This document shows, in pieces, positions 35,421-50,100 of a stretch of 64,000 nt of DNA (within the stretch, counting starts at the first letter, position 1; every line of letters begins with the position of its first letter). This DNA comes from Sphagnum compactum (Eukaryota): assembly GCA_965153455.1 (NCBI GenBank), contig OZ234494.1, positions 6,448,001 through 6,512,000 on the forward strand. The letters are read 5' to 3'. A program made the translations under genes and the position numbers. Below the pieces are notes generated by a model, which made no database searches, was not told the origin of the DNA, and saw only the letters and a program-made list of their open reading frames with translations.

Positions 35421-37254
35421 ATGGGGTCATTATCATGTCTGCAATTCAGTTTCATAGAATTCAAGCTCAAGAAACTGGAGCATCGGTTCAGAGCTTGCGG
35501 GCTTAGATCACAGCTTGTTCATCTTGGTAATGATACTGCAATTCATTGCTGGGTGCCTGCATCCGCGCTGACATCACAGGGTGGTCAAGTGGGCTGTAAG
35601 TCCTCATCAGTTGCTGCTGCATCAAAGACGCTGGAGACGAAACCAGCTTTGATGCTCATCCATGGCTTTGCACCAAATGCATTGCTTTGCTGGGAGAATC
35701 AGGTTGGCACATTAACAAAGGAATTTGATGTCTACATTCCAGACCTCTTGTTCTTTGGGAATTCCACCACCAAGCTGACAGAGAAGCGATGGACCGAGTC
35801 CTTCCAAGCTGAGTGCTTGATGCAGATGCTGCAGCTAGTCGGGGTTCAGAACCAGATACAATTGGTGGGAACCAGCTATGGTGGCATGGTGGCATTCCGG
35901 ATGGCGGAGATGTATCCAAATTTTGTGAAGAAAGTGGTGATTTCCAGCTCAGGGGTGGGTTTCATGTCAAGTAGCTTGGACGAGCTTCTTGCCAGGAGCA
36001 ATCTGTCCAGCATACCGGAGCTCATGTTGCCATCTTCAGTCAAGGGAATGAAGGTCTTCCTTGCGAATGTGACATACAAAGCAATGTGGCTCCCGAATTT
36101 CATTCTTCACGATATGCTCCAAGTGAGTTTAACTCATCATCATCCATTATCACAAACCTGAAAAATCCAATTGAGAGAATTGGTTGTTTCAAGACTCTGA
36201 ACCTTCTGGAGTCGTCATCATCATCATCATGTACATAGTACAGACATATCTTTTGCGACAAAAGCAATCCCAAAAAAAATCTTTGGACCACATCTCCATT
36301 TCAAACATCTGGAATCTCAAACATGTCTGTAAATCTTCCTCTATGAGATGATGACAGGTGCTGTATGAAGAGAATCGAGAAGAGCGAAAACAATTATTGG
36401 ACCACATGATCTTCGGCACCAAAGATGCATTGCCGCTTCCACAATTGTCACAGGTTTGTAAGCTTGTCCTCCACACTAAAACTATAAGTTCTTGCCTGGC
36501 TGAGTGAAGAAATTTGTTGGGCCAACAAAAAAATGGCTTGAACATTACCAGTTCTGAAAGCTGGAGAAAAGAATCAAGCTTCCTGATTTTGGTTTTCAAG
36601 CTTTCAACTCCACTCTCTCTCTCTCTCAAGAAAAAAAGCCCATTCAAAACCCATTTTACTCAATCCCCATTTTATGTCAAGACTGTTTTCTCCTGCCTGT
36701 CATTGCCCACAGAGGGTTCTGATCATGTTTCTGTGATTTCCTTTTGTTTGCTTGAGTGTTGCAGGAGAAGTTCTTAATTGTGTGGGGGGAGCACGATGAG
36801 ATCTTCAACATAAATTTGGCATACGAGCTTCAAAAGTGATTCACTGGGCCTCTTTCTTTTCTGCTCTTGCTCAACTGCAGATCTCAATTTTTGCTTGAAA
36901 AGAAATCCATTCCGTGGTGGAGAGACTCTCCACAATTCTTTTATACACCGAATTTGAGCCCATGGTCTTGGTACCCATGTGAATCATTTAGGGTTAGGGT
37001 TTAGGATTTGACTGTGGAATTCAAAGCAAGGATAGTTGTTGTATACTTTGTCAAACTGGGAGTTTAGAATCTGAGCAAGTGATTGATCATTGTCATTTGT
37101 TTTGTGGGGATGCAGACACTTAGGTACAAGCAGAGCAGAGTTAGTTGTGATGAAGAATTGTGGTCACGTACCTCAAATGGAGAATCCCAAGGAGTATAAC
37201 CGCATCATCCTCAATTTCCTGAAAACCTGCCCCCAGAACTCCACCAAGGATTGA
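35421..37254 (+). CDS. Alpha/beta-hydrolase superfamily protein (~335 aa, 4 exons)
   Basis: Exons 35421-36122, 36358-36453, 36765-36835 and 37116-37254. Motifs LIHGF, PDLLFFGNS, nucleophile GTSYGG, acid region LIVWGEHD and catalytic-His region CGHVPQMENP. Confidence 0.93.
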
Positions 37255-38065
37255 TTGATATTGATCAGTCTTTTAAGCTGATCAGGTGGCTCACTTACAA
37301 AAATGTGGCTTGTAACACGTTGCAGAATTCTAAAAGATTTCAAGCACAATCTACAATTAACATAAAGTTCAGAATTACTCCTTGAGAATTCCTCAAATTC
37401 ATTTTTTGTACATTTAGAAGAAGAAGTCTGGTGCCCATGAAAACTATTATTTATTTATTTTTGGCTACACATATTATTAATTGAGTCGCATTCAGATTCA
37501 AACCCAGCAAAATAGCATTTTTATGAAGTTCAGGCATTGAAGCTCCCCCAAAGTTTCTAGGACTAAAATTCTCCAACTTATAGTTGTTTGTATTAGATTA
37601 AACCGTGCTTTGTCGGACTTGTCCTGAAGGATAGATTCAGGCAGAGCTCAAGGCAAGACTGCAGCAGCAGCCCATTTAGCTTGCTCTTACTCTTTTAATA
37701 AAATTCCATTTTTTGTTCTTTCACATTCTGTGACAACGATATTTTCTTCTCCCTATACAGAGAGATTGCTTTACAAGGATTGTATCTGTGAAACTCTCTC
37801 ATCTTCACAACACATTTTGATGCATCAAGGCATTGACTTGCATACATGTCTTGATCCATCAAGAAGACATCAGCTGTTTGAGATTCCTTGAAACAGGTAT
37901 ATTGAGGTTTGCTGTTTGCAAGCCCGGGAAGTGAGTGCAGTAGTTTCTGGCTAGTACATACCAAGAACTGCCATGATTCCTATGTCAATTTTTAGCCGAG
38001 TGTTTGTTTCTAGCTTATTACAATAGAAATGATGGTCATCAGGTAGAAAGATTGAGTTTCTGTCA

Positions 38066-38490
38066 CTTTTTCAAGCTTCCTTGACTTCAATCCAAACACA
38101 CCCATGTTTGTGAAACAACTTTCCTTGACTTCAATCCAAACATACCCAAGTTTGCAAAATTAAAGCTTTCCTTGACTTCAATCCAAACATACCCAAGTTT
38201 GCAAAATTAAAGCTTTCCTTGACTTCAATCCAAACATACCCCAAGTTTGCAAAATTGAAGCTTTCCTTGACTTCAATCCAAACATACCCCAAGTTTGCAA
38301 AATTGAAGCTTTCCTTGACTTCAATCCAAACATACCCCAAGTTTGCAAAATTGAAGCTTTCCTTGACTTCAATCCAAACATACCCCAAGTTTGCAAAATT
38401 GAAGCTTTCCTTGACTTCAATCCAAACATACCCCAAGTTTGCAAAATTGAAGCTTTCCTTGACTTCAATCCAAACATACCCCAAGTTTGC
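38066..38490. repeat. 48-bp minisatellite, about 8-9 copies, highly homogeneous
   Basis: Unit CCAAGTTTGCAAAATTGAAGCTTTCCTTGACTTCAATCCAAACATACC. About five 3' copies are identical; the 5' copies are 47 bp or degenerate. There are no unique spacers. Confidence 0.95.
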
Positions 38491-39768
38491 TGCCAGTTGC
38501 TTGATGGAACTTTGGCATTCTTCCAAGACATGTCCAAGACAGATGGCTGTAACTCCATACCTTTGCACAATTCATGCAAAACTCCTCCTCAATTCATGCA
38601 TGCATGTTTGTTTGTTTGTCTGTCTTGTGATTCATCATGATGACGTTTGAGGAATGTGATAGAGGCTTTTGTTTTTTGTCTCATAGATGATTTCTTGATG
38701 CCATTGTGTCTGAGGTTCCTGCTGTTTTTCTCAATCTGTTGTGATTGATTCCTCTCAACAACCTTGATTGATCAACAACAACTTTGTTTTCTGAGATTGG
38801 CTCCATGTCCTGAAATGGCAAGGAAACCAACAGCAGGCATTATGGTCTCATTCACCACAACAAAATAGACTTGCTCCAAACTGCATTCCTGGAAGGATCA
38901 GGCCGGCAGGTGTGCTTTCAAGAGCTGTTTGCTTCTTCGCTTGCTTGCTGCTGCCCTTTGTTTTGTTACATCATCTGTCTGAGGATGGAGAGAAATGCAT
39001 CACAACAACACAGCATATGTTGTTGATGAAGTCCATCTTCATCATCAACATGCAGAGGCAAGAACGACAATTCTCCAAAAGCTCTATATCCGAAGAGGTC
39101 TGTCTCTGTCTTTCTTCTGTCTCTCTCTCTCGGTGTCTCGCATGTAACAGACACACAAAACAGTCAAATTCTTCTTCCTGTGAACACTAGAGTGGTTGCT
39201 CTAAAGATGATTGCAACTCTGTGTGTGTGTGAGTGTGTGTATGTCGCCGCTGTTGTCTGATGAGCCGCGCATACGAGGCACCTACATGGCGTTGCGGGAG
39301 AGGTCTAGGGGTATGAAGGAAGTGCTGCAGAAAGTGGAAGAAAGTTACCTTCCAGACATGCTCCATAATCAACGCGCCGACATGAAGAAGCGACACATGT
39401 ATGGCCGCCAGCGAGCAAAAGAGATGAGGTGTGTGTGTGTAAGAGAGAGAGAGGGAGAGAGCGAAGTGTCGTTTGTCTTGCTGTGTGTTGGACGATGAAG
39501 ACGGGGACGGGACTCGAGGGGAGGCCAGGAGAGAAAAGCACCTTGTGGGGAAAAGCAAGCTTTCCTTGTAAGCGGCAGTTTCTGCATTGCATGATTTGCG
39601 AAGATGTGTCAGGGAAAGGCGACAGGTGCAGCAGCACTGTTTCTTCTCTTTCGTCACTTGCATGGACTGGTTGCTTTTTCCATCTGTTGCATCTCGGAGC
39701 AGTAGCAACAGATGAATCTAGGAGACTGGCGGTGAATCTGCTGCTGCTGAACTTGCAAGAGAAGAAGG

Positions 39769-42700
39769 ATGAACACTTTTGTTGGCGCCACAACTCCTCC
39801 TCAAGTTATTGGAATGGAAAGCCGGAGCAGCGGCACCAGCGACAATAATGACGACAAGCGGAAAGAAGAGGAGGAGGAGGAGGAGGAGGGGGGGGAGGAG
39901 ACTCCAGTTGCAGCAGGAAGTCAGGTGACGACTCCTCCAGGGATTCAACCAAGTCTAGCTGTGAAATGCAAAAGCGATCAGTTGTGGAGAAGGAATTTCA
40001 TCAGCAGCAGCAACAAGAACAAGAACAAGAACAAAAAGGCAAACAAGGATCCCAGCAACGGGGAGCAGCAGGTAGGAGATGAAGATTTGTTAGGAGATGT
40101 GCATGGTTGTTGCTGCCTGCCAAAGAGAATTTTCTGGAAGGGATCGTTGGACTCGCAGGGATGTCCACCTGCCTCAACTGAGGAAATCAAAGAGATCTTT
40201 TATCACAGCATCATGGTCGGTCTTTTGAACTCTACTACTCTGCCTAGTACTTTCCTTCGGTAATACATATCATGGCAGCAGCTTGATGAGTATCACTGTT
40301 CTATTCCTGATCAACAAGAAGGTGATGATGATGATGATGAAGGTCTGAGACTCTGTGAGTGAGAGCTCAACAACACCTTCACATTGTTGCTGTAGAGATT
40401 TTCTCTGCAGCAATTCCATAGATCTACATGTCAGTTACTCGATACCCACCTGCAGATAAGTACACTAGGAATCTGAGCTTCAGCAGTTATGGGGTGAGGA
40501 GGAGGTGATTGTTGGTTGATCTTGTTGGTTTTTTTGAATGTATATCATTTTGGGTAACTGCAGATTCTGGGAGCTTATGCAAAGAACCTTGAAGAATTGA
40601 CGAAACTAATTAGAGAACACCACCCAACTTTCGATCCGCACGGGGTGGTTGAGTTTCAGCATCCACAGGGACATGGAGCATGCCCACCATACTTCATATA
40701 CCTAAGCCATGAGAGGAAGGAGCTGGCAATGTACATCCGTGGCCTACAACTTTTACATCAGCAGGATTATGTCACCCTCATGAATAACCGTAAGGATGAG
40801 CAGGTGTGCAGGTTCTTCTTCCTTTTTTTCTAACTAAAACCCTTTTTCCCCTATTGTTTTGATTTTGTTCTTATATTGAGCACTACTGACAAAATCAGAA
40901 TCTTGAACTGGTGGCTGTTAGAAGGATGATCCTCTCTCTGATGGAATCATGTCATGGTGGCATATGGTTGTTGTAGCCATTTGATGGAGGCTATGTGCAT
41001 CATGGAATGTATCAACCTGCAGAGTGGAGTGCCAAGCATATCACTCCGAAGCTCAAAGAGCTTCTATTAGCTAATAAGGGGTATGCATTCCAACTATGCA
41101 CATGTGAAAATTCAAATTGATTGGATAAAGAAAAATCCATAGTTGTGTGTAACATGATTTGCTTGTACGTTCATTTAGGTTTCCTTGCAATTTCATCAGA
41201 CCCTTGTTCACATACTGAGGAGCAGGATTGCACTGCTCATTTGAACCGTGCCTTCAACTTGTTATATTAAGTTGGGCTTTGAGTTTAGCTGTTAGATTTG
41301 CAGTTTCTTGATTCTCAATGAAGCCAAGGACAGTTGGAGGACAAAGACACAGAATCATAGATTTCAGCTATGTATCTGGAGGGATTTAAGCTGTTAGATT
41401 TTAGCAGTTTCTCAATTCTCCATGAAGCTGAGGACGGTAGGTGGACAAAGACAAAGAATCATAGATTTGTGCTACCTGAAATAACTGAGTTTTCCTGGTC
41501 TTCCAGAAATATGCTGTAATTCATTATGCGATTTTTTTTCTATAGGTAATCTGTATTTATGTACACACTTGGTATGATTGGACAGGTATCGGTTTACCAA
41601 TGTAGGGCATTCATTAGGGGCAGGAGTTGCTCCCTTGTTCACAATTTTGCTTGTCAAGAATCCAGAGCTCATTGGTGGGATCAGTCCAGAACTGATTCAT
41701 AGCTATGGATTTGCACCACCTCGAGTAATGTCCCTGGATCTTTCCATCAAGTATGCCCCTTACATCACCAGCTGTGTCTACCAGGCAAGTGCATGTGGAT
41801 CTTCCTTCCAGCTTTTGACACTGAATCTGGGGGGGGTTTATTTATCTTCTTCCTTTTTTACACAGGCTGGCCTTCAAATATGCTGATGTAGTAATCCAGT
41901 TCTATGCCATTTTCCTCAGTTCAGAGTTTGAAAAAGACATGCTTTTGTGTTCTTTTGGATTTGGACGCTGCAGGATGACTTTTTTCCAAGGGTTTCGACA
42001 GAGTCTATGAAGAGATTATTCATCGTCACATTTGCCTTGTGAGTTTGTATACATCAAGATTCTCAAGATGCAGCTCCTTACCTGATGATACCTCTCTATA
42101 CAAAACAATCATCACCACTGTACAATTGTTGTCTCTTGTCTATGTACATTTATGTTCATGGGTTGATTTTCAGTTGGGTGAAGTGAGCTGAAATCAATGT
42201 ATTCAAAGCAGGCGATGGGTATGCTGTTTTGTGCAGGACAGGGGTGGTTGTTTTTATCCTCTGGGTAAAGCAGGCATTCCAAATAATACATTCAGATGAT
42301 CCTCGTCGCTTATATCCACCAGGAAAAATCTGCCACTTTGTATATAAGCAACCTGGACGGCCAGGTCATCACCCAATAAGAGCTCGCATAGTTCCATCAT
42401 CTCAGGGACGGTTTGAGCGTCTAGTTCTTTCATCATCGGGGACTACCAAAAACCACTTTGTTTTGAGTCTGTGTGAGCATCTTAAAGTAAGATCTTCGGT
42501 TCTCCTTTCACATGGCTATGTGCTTGAATGCAGAGTCCAACATTTTGCATTCTGCCACCAGTATCCTGCTAGAGAAAAGTTTACATGTATGAGAAGTGAA
42601 TGTGTGATCATTGTGAAGAGACAAATGGTAGTCAATGACCAGCACCTTTAGGGTATAAGTTTACTCTGAGGACAGAATCATGAGTCATGAGAAACTCTTC

Positions 42701-42899
42701 ATTTGGACATTTAAAAAGGTTCCCTAGTCATGGTTTGTGCCTCCTGAGCCAGGTGGTAATTTTGAAAGGTTGATATTCCTAATGCATGTTGATTTTACTC
42801 TTTGTATGTGGGCAGACGTATAATTGGCCAGAAGACCTGAAGGATCCTTGGCTTGTTGACGTCCTGAGTACAAGGAAGGAAAAGGTACAAGTACAATGA
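39769..42899 (+). CDS. Class 3 lipase (mono/diacylglycerol lipase-like), ~462 aa, 7 exons
   Basis: Exons 39769-40215, 40564-40803, 40977-41080, 41586-41784, 41974-42038, 42237-42486 and 42816-42899. Motifs PPYFIY...IRGL, FDGGYVHHG, GHSLGAG, FAPPRVMSL, QDDFFPR and RRLYPPGKI. The start codon could instead be the ATG near 39814. Intron 4 is GC-AG. Confidence 0.9.
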
Positions 42900-44199
42900 T
42901 CTCTGAGTCTTTGCCTCTGCAGAATTGCTGATGGAAGCACTGTGTTTGACTAGGTTCTCCCTTTATGGAAAACTGAAAACCAAATGGGAGTGGACTATTA
43001 TGTGTAATGTAAAGACCTGTCCTCATTTAGGCAGTGAACTAGTGAAAGAGCAGGTTTCAAGATCCTCTTAGAATCATGCCAAGTTTTGGCATTTACAAAA
43101 GTCTTTCCTGGCTTGTTCTAACATTGCTGTGCCTACCCAACCTCTTTCAATACCAAACGTGAAACCAACTCTGAGAGACAAATCAACAATCTGTAAGCTG
43201 CTTTCCATCTATATGGAATAAGAGAATCCAAGCTATTGCATCCATTACAAAGTGCTCGTGTAGGGACATGGCTGTTTTGACAGTCATGATCATTTCCTTG
43301 CACCTAAGCTAGCAGGTCACTGCTACACTTGTCACAAAGAGGAAATGTGATCAAGCACCTTGGCTGGTCCAGGGGGGTCACTCATGCACTTGGCACAAGC
43401 AGCACTTTGCTCTCAAGCGTACTTATCTAAGGTGCCCATTGGAAAAGTACAGAGCAGGCTTGGCCTGGCAACCCTACCAGAAGCAGGACCTGCACTGAGA
43501 GTAGATGTCTCTTGAGTTGTCTTTACAAGCCTCATATACTGCTCAGTACTTTTTGGGTTCTCTGCGACCTAGGATAGGACCCAATGCATAGGGACTGTTG
43601 TTACTTCACTCAATAACACTTTCAATATTTCTTCATCGCTCATGAACTTGACATGTGTGTGATACCAGGGACGTTGCTGTTGAGTTTCCAAAAACTACTG
43701 TGACCTGCTCCAACATTGATGGATACGTGGCCTTGGTTTTGGCTTCTGGAGGACAAATTACTACCATAGCACACCACCTGTGGAAAATGCAACATCAACT
43801 GTCAAATTTTGGCTATGGTGACTCTCACATTTGAGCTCATCATTCTAAGGGCCCTGCAGGAAGAAGGGCTGCATGTTAGTGTTCTCAAAGAAACCATAAT
43901 AATTCAATAAACATAGGATGCTGTGTGTGCTCTGTTCTGTCCCAAAATTGGGTTTGATTTCCATCATGTTTAGGTTTTGTCAGCATCACCAAAAGAGGTT
44001 CCCAGAAGACGGTAATCAAATGAATGCAAACGAATGTTTTATTTTTCTCCCGGTAGTCTAGATCTTTGGAGGATTATCTAATGGTGCAGAGAAGAACATA
44101 TTTGTTAGCTCATTCATAATGGAAACTTGCAGTTCCCTTTATGACTTTGTTTTCAATGTTGGTTTGCCTATTCCAAGTTATCCTTTGAACAATCCACAA

Positions 44200-47100
44200 A
44201 AGGTGGGGCTTGAGAAAGTTTTCACTAAATTCCACTACAATGACAATTTTCTACATAAAAGCAATTGAATTTTGTGGAAACATTGTTGCAACGAGAATGA
44301 ATAGGAGCGTAAAATCCATGTGGGATGTTTGGGTGTATTGCTCCAAAATTTAGATTAAAGTTTTTGTTGTTTGCTTCAAGTTGATTTTGTCTTTGCCAAA
44401 GAATAATAGTCATATACTAAATGCTTGTTTGTAAGCATGGGCTCTTGAAACAAAATTCAAGAAAAAAACGTAATAGCTGAAATAAACTGATGTTGAAGAC
44501 CTTAATAGCATTGATGCCAATCTCTCCAATGCAAGTTAGAAACGGCTGCCACCGTGAACTAACCTAACATCTTTGATACTTGGAGTTGAATGAAAAGTCA
44601 TGTTAAAAGAACCATAAAATCCTAAACCCTAAAACTATTGTGTTCAAATAGTCGCAATGTAATTTAAACTTGCCCATGATATGCGTTTTCAAAACTTGCG
44701 GCATATTCCCAAATACATACATTAGATATGTGTTTGGAGCATCTCCACACTTCAATATTTGATACTAATTCAACCAAACTTGGACTTGCAACCATTTTGA
44801 CATCACTTATTCATGAGCACAAAGAGCAATAAAATGAGGGTAAAATCATTGTACATTTAATATTGTGTCTTGTGTTTTTAAGAATATGTATCCATAGATT
44901 TTTCAATTTTGGAATTTTTATTTTTTACTTTTCTAAAAAAACTGCACACAACTTGAATAGAAGGTAATGCATGTCAAATTTGTAATAAAACACAATGTAA
45001 TAAGTAATTTAAATAGTACTTAGTAAAAATGGTATGAAATCTTTTAAAGGACGGAAGCAATTAAACCATGGGGGGAAAAAAAGGAATTTATCTTCATAAT
45101 TTGGGTACTCCTCCTTTTAAGTTTCTCTTTGAAAAAATTCCAAATGTGGCTTTTTATATGAAAAGTAATAATTATGGTTTGATGTATAAAGAAAAATGTT
45201 GTTGCATACTTGGGCATTAAGAATTTTACATTTCGAACTAACAAAAAAATATTAATGATGACATCTCATGATGTTTAGTATAATTAATTATTTAAAAATA
45301 CATTAAGGAGTTCATTTTTGGGCTCTACCCCTTGGGGGAAGGATTACTAAAGTTGGAGTGATTTTTCATTAAATTGCATTGTTCATATTGAGGTGGTTCA
45401 TGGTAGATAGGTCACTTTTTCTTGAACTACTAAGGTGGTAGTAGATTCGTTTTACCACGCATTGTATAACATGTGGTAAAAGCACATTAAGGCCAAAAAT
45501 GGCACACAAGGATTTTTAAATAATATTTTTGCAATATATTTTGACAAATCTCAAAAACGTCCAATTTTTTATTTATATATTTAGGGTGAAAATAATAATT
45601 TTTCCCTCCAAAAAAAAACTAATTTAGGACTTTGTACACATTCTAGGATAAAATATATTTGAACAAATGGGTGAAAACGCACTACAATGACCTTATATGG
45701 ATATATCACATTGGCAATTTTTCTTGTATTTTTTAGGTATATATGTATATTGAAACATAAAAAATGGGACTCACTTATGTAAAGCTAAGGCAATTAGGTT
45801 TTCAAGAATGCAAGGAGCACATCTAAATTCTAGATATATAATAAGTAACAAACTTTTGAATTTTGGTAATAGTTTTCGTCGCACTTGTAAAACTCACAAA
45901 TATAAACTTTTATTTTATAATGTATCAGTCCCATGTATTTGAAACTTTGGGATATTGCATGATTGATGTTTGAAGACGCATTGAATGAATGGAATAAGAG
46001 TTAATTTTTTTTTTTATGAACTTTTCAAGGTTCCAAAAACTATAGCTACATTTTAATTACATTTGCTTTTGAAAAACAAAATCATAAAAATTAATTATTT
46101 TCTTGAACTATCCTTTTGGAACCTTTTTAAATGTCTTATTACATCATGACTTGAAATTGGAAATGGAAAAGAGATTATTTTCAATAACATGTAATTATCC
46201 ATATTTTACGTTAATTTCCAACTACACTAAATATGGACTTTGGTCTACCAAAAAAATGGGACACCCTAGTGTGTTTCCACCCAAATTTATCTAAATTCCA
46301 AAAAAATTCATGTCCAAAACGATTTTATAAAAAAATAAATTAAATTTATACTTCCATGTCAACTTGAAAATGGTTTGGAAGCACTTGTTTTCAATTGCTT
46401 ATGACACTTATAGGGGTTACCAATTTATTATTAATTTTGATTAATAAATGAGTTCATCATTACAAATTTTTGAAATTGTGAATCCATATGCACACCTTTA
46501 TTGTATTGCATGTCATAAAATTAAAATCTTCCCCATTTGAAATGTTTATATTGTTCTGATTTAATTTTATTTCATTCAAAAGTAAACATGTTGTAATCAT
46601 TACATTGAGTCCCTTAAATTATTATTACAACAAATGGATGCACCATACACTTTCCCGCATAAAGGTGTAAGAAAACTACCTTGGTACAAGATCCAATGGA
46701 AATTCCAAGATATTCTCTTTTGCAAGTACCACATGGAACAAAGGATAAGGAATGAGTTGCTTAATGACAACAATGTTGTAATAGTTGCATGTTATGTGTC
46801 TTTATGTTTGACTGGATGTGTAGTGAGTATGGGCATAGGGTGTTGATGGGTGGCATCACTGCAACAACCATATGTTTGGTGTAATTGATGCAAAGTTTGT
46901 GAGTTTTTTAATTATAAACATTGGTGAGGATGTGGATTTGTTGAACCTTTGATGCTACAATTTTTTGCGTTGTGTGTAGTGTGCAAAAGCATCTAGTTAG
47001 GTGGGCATGGTGTGGCAGGGTAATACAAAGCATTATTAACAAGCTTTTTGATGTTTTAAGTTTAATTTATTGTTGGGTACATGTTGTGAATGTGGTGAAG

Positions 47101-50100
47101 GGGTGAAATTTTTCATTCGGGCATCTCTTTTTCATTTTAGTGCACTTGATGCAAAGTCTATGGACGGTTATAGTTTGTTGTCTTGCATTTAGTGTTGTGA
47201 CGTTGCAAATGGTAGCGAACATTTGAAGGTCCTATGGAAGGTATCAATGGTTGGTTGAACATTTCTTCTCTGAGTTAATGAACCCCATGGAGTGAAGGGG
47301 GGAAACAAACCCCTCACATCCTTTGTGAGGATTTTCAAGCTATTGGAGAAGAAAAATCTCCAAGTTGGTAATATAAGTCTTTCCTCCTCCCACTCTTGAA
47401 ATGCCAAAAGCTTAAAGATTGTTGTAGTCTTATTATGAAGTGTTTTGAAACATCTTGAAACTTTAGAAGGTGAACTACCTACCCTCATGGTCTTTGTGAA
47501 CTCAAAAAATAGCAATAATAAATTATGTGTGACTTGACAATAAGTTTGCAAGTGTAGCCAAAGTCTAGGAGTTTTGAAAGCAAAGTTCAGTTTACATGAT
47601 CATGCGCAAAAAATGCAATAGCTATGTTGTGACAACAATTGGTGACTCATTGATTGTAAGGGTCTTTGAGTAAAAGATACATGATACTCAAATTATGAAA
47701 TGTCAATAATCATAGTGGTTATCAAATCAACTTCTTCAGTGAATGTATGCAAGTAATATGTGTTATTTTGGTGCAAATTTTCATTTCAAGTGATGGATGT
47801 GAAGATGTTTATAAAGGGTGTAACAATTTGGCAAAACACCTACAAGAATTATATGAGGAAATGAAGATGACCATAGATAATTGGGATGTAAAAAATGCAT
47901 GTGACATTATTGAAGGTAATTGGGTGTAAACATGTTAATAGGAGCCACTAGCGCCCCCTTAGGTGATTGTTTTTTGGGGAATATTTTTGAAATATTTTCG
48001 AAAAAAGTTTCAAATAATTATTTTTAAATGTTAAAAAAAATTATTTGTACTATTTTGTTAAGGTTTGTGTAAAATTTTTTGCTAAAAATGTCATTTTCAA
48101 AGTTGTCCAAGTCCATTTACAAGTCCTTGTACTACTTAAAAGCAATGGTTTCAAGTCTTTTTACATTACTTTTGAAGGTCCAAATGTTAATGAAATAATT
48201 TTATATTTTTGACATTATAGAATAAGATATTAGATTTGATAATGTGTAAAAAATTTAACTTATTTTCAAATTGAAATTCTCTTAAATTGTTTTTGGTTTA
48301 AAAAACACAAAATTAAATAGTGGTTACGACTACTTTTGGCTCCTATTAATATAATAGCACCCAACTATATATGATGCCTTCCAAAAGTAATTGGAGTTAT
48401 GTGTAGAAGGCATTAAACATATAACCATGCTTAATATTTTGGCCCAACTCCACCTAACTTAGGTGATTTTGAAAAAGCAAAACGTCTCCTTCTTGAGGGT
48501 TTTTTTCTACTATAGTTTATTTCATATTGTGTTTCATGGGTTGCATAAATAGCATGGGTATCATCATTCATTCATCATTTGTGTTATTTTATATGTCGGT
48601 TACAATACAAAAGAAAACTTGTAAACAATTGGACATTGAAATGTTGCATTTGGGGTTTGTAGATTAAAAATGTGTTTGATAAATTTGTAACAAGATCTCG
48701 TCAGCTATTGGTGGACAACATATTGAGACATATGGGAAGCATTACACAACCATAGGCAAGCATGTTAAATAAGCATTTCCCCTTGAAGTAAAAGAATCCC
48801 AAAATTCAAGATGATGCATTTAGTAATGGGCCTACAACATTGGTCAATGGTTACATTAGCATAAAAAAAATTGTCTTGAAGAAAAATTCTCAAATCATTT
48901 TCTTTCCTTGTTTATTATCTATACTCTAAAAACTTTCATCTTACATTACCTTTGAATGTGCCAAGTTGTATGCCAAAAAAAATGTCACCTACTACAATGT
49001 TTTAGGCCTAAACATAATCGTTCCTACTACCCAAGGAAAGATCACTTAACAAAAAATGGACTTATGTGGGCAAACAATGAAGATAATCCTCTAGTAGTGG
49101 AGTTGTTATTAAAAGTAGCAAACACATATAATGAATGTTTGATGAATCTAAGACCATTTATGTTTTTAAGACATTTCATCTAATGTGACAGTGGGAGAAA
49201 ATATTGCTTTAAACTTGTTTTCCTTTACATAAAACCATATGAAATGGAAACTTTAGGTTTTGTTTGGACAAGCTATCATTAAAACCTTTTTAAAGTCACA
49301 TTTGAGTTCTACATTCTTGAAAACCAAAGATGGTGCATGTGGTAGAATTTGTGAAGGTCATAATGATCCCTTCTTCTATTATCTATTTCAAATTGTTTGG
49401 CTTGTTGAGTGGCTCATTGAATGGTGTTGCAACGTAATGTTTTGGAACAAAGTCCACATCTTGGTCCTTTAAGGTGGATAAAAAATGGCCATACATTCTT
49501 TGGTTTTTGGTATACAACTCATCCATGCTAGCCCAAACTTCAAATTTCATGCATCAACCTTTGACGAAATATCCAATGGCCATAATAATCATCAAACCAA
49601 TAGAGAATTGGAGACTCCAATATCAACAAAATCCTTGTCATACATGTCAAACATTAAAAAATTGAACTGTTTCATTTTGATCGTGTTATCTAATTGTTGT
49701 ATTTTTGGGAAGCTTTGATTTTAAAGTCTATGTTTGTATTTTGTCAAATTTAAATACTAGTTAAATACCAAGTAAAAATAATATCATAATAATATTTTAT
49801 ATCTTTTTTTCATATATCCAAAATTTCATATTCCCATATTAAGTTGTCAATTCGCATAATTAATATCAATCTATTTAGAAGTTTCATACTAAATTTGACC
49901 ATGGACATGATGGACAATATTTAAGGATAACTCTAAAGGACCAATACACATTTAAGGAGGATACCTAGTAGATTTTGTTGTCAACACCATAGCTAAAAAA
50001 TGTAGCATGAAAATTACAACATTCAATGTGCTCCCACCCACTTTATGCAAGGCTCTTGAAAAACTACAAATGACATTGCTACATTAATATTGTTATCCTA

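Noticed and set aside
38066-38650. A CRISPR-like array or repeat proteins (133-145-aa ORFs)
   Set aside because: The units are contiguous with no unique spacers, there are no cas genes, and the context is eukaryotic. The ORFs arise because the 48-bp unit has no stop in those frames.
38912-39848. Cluster of 60-173-aa ORFs upstream of the lipase
   Set aside because: This is microsatellite-rich promoter and 5' UTR sequence with no recognisable domains or exon chain.
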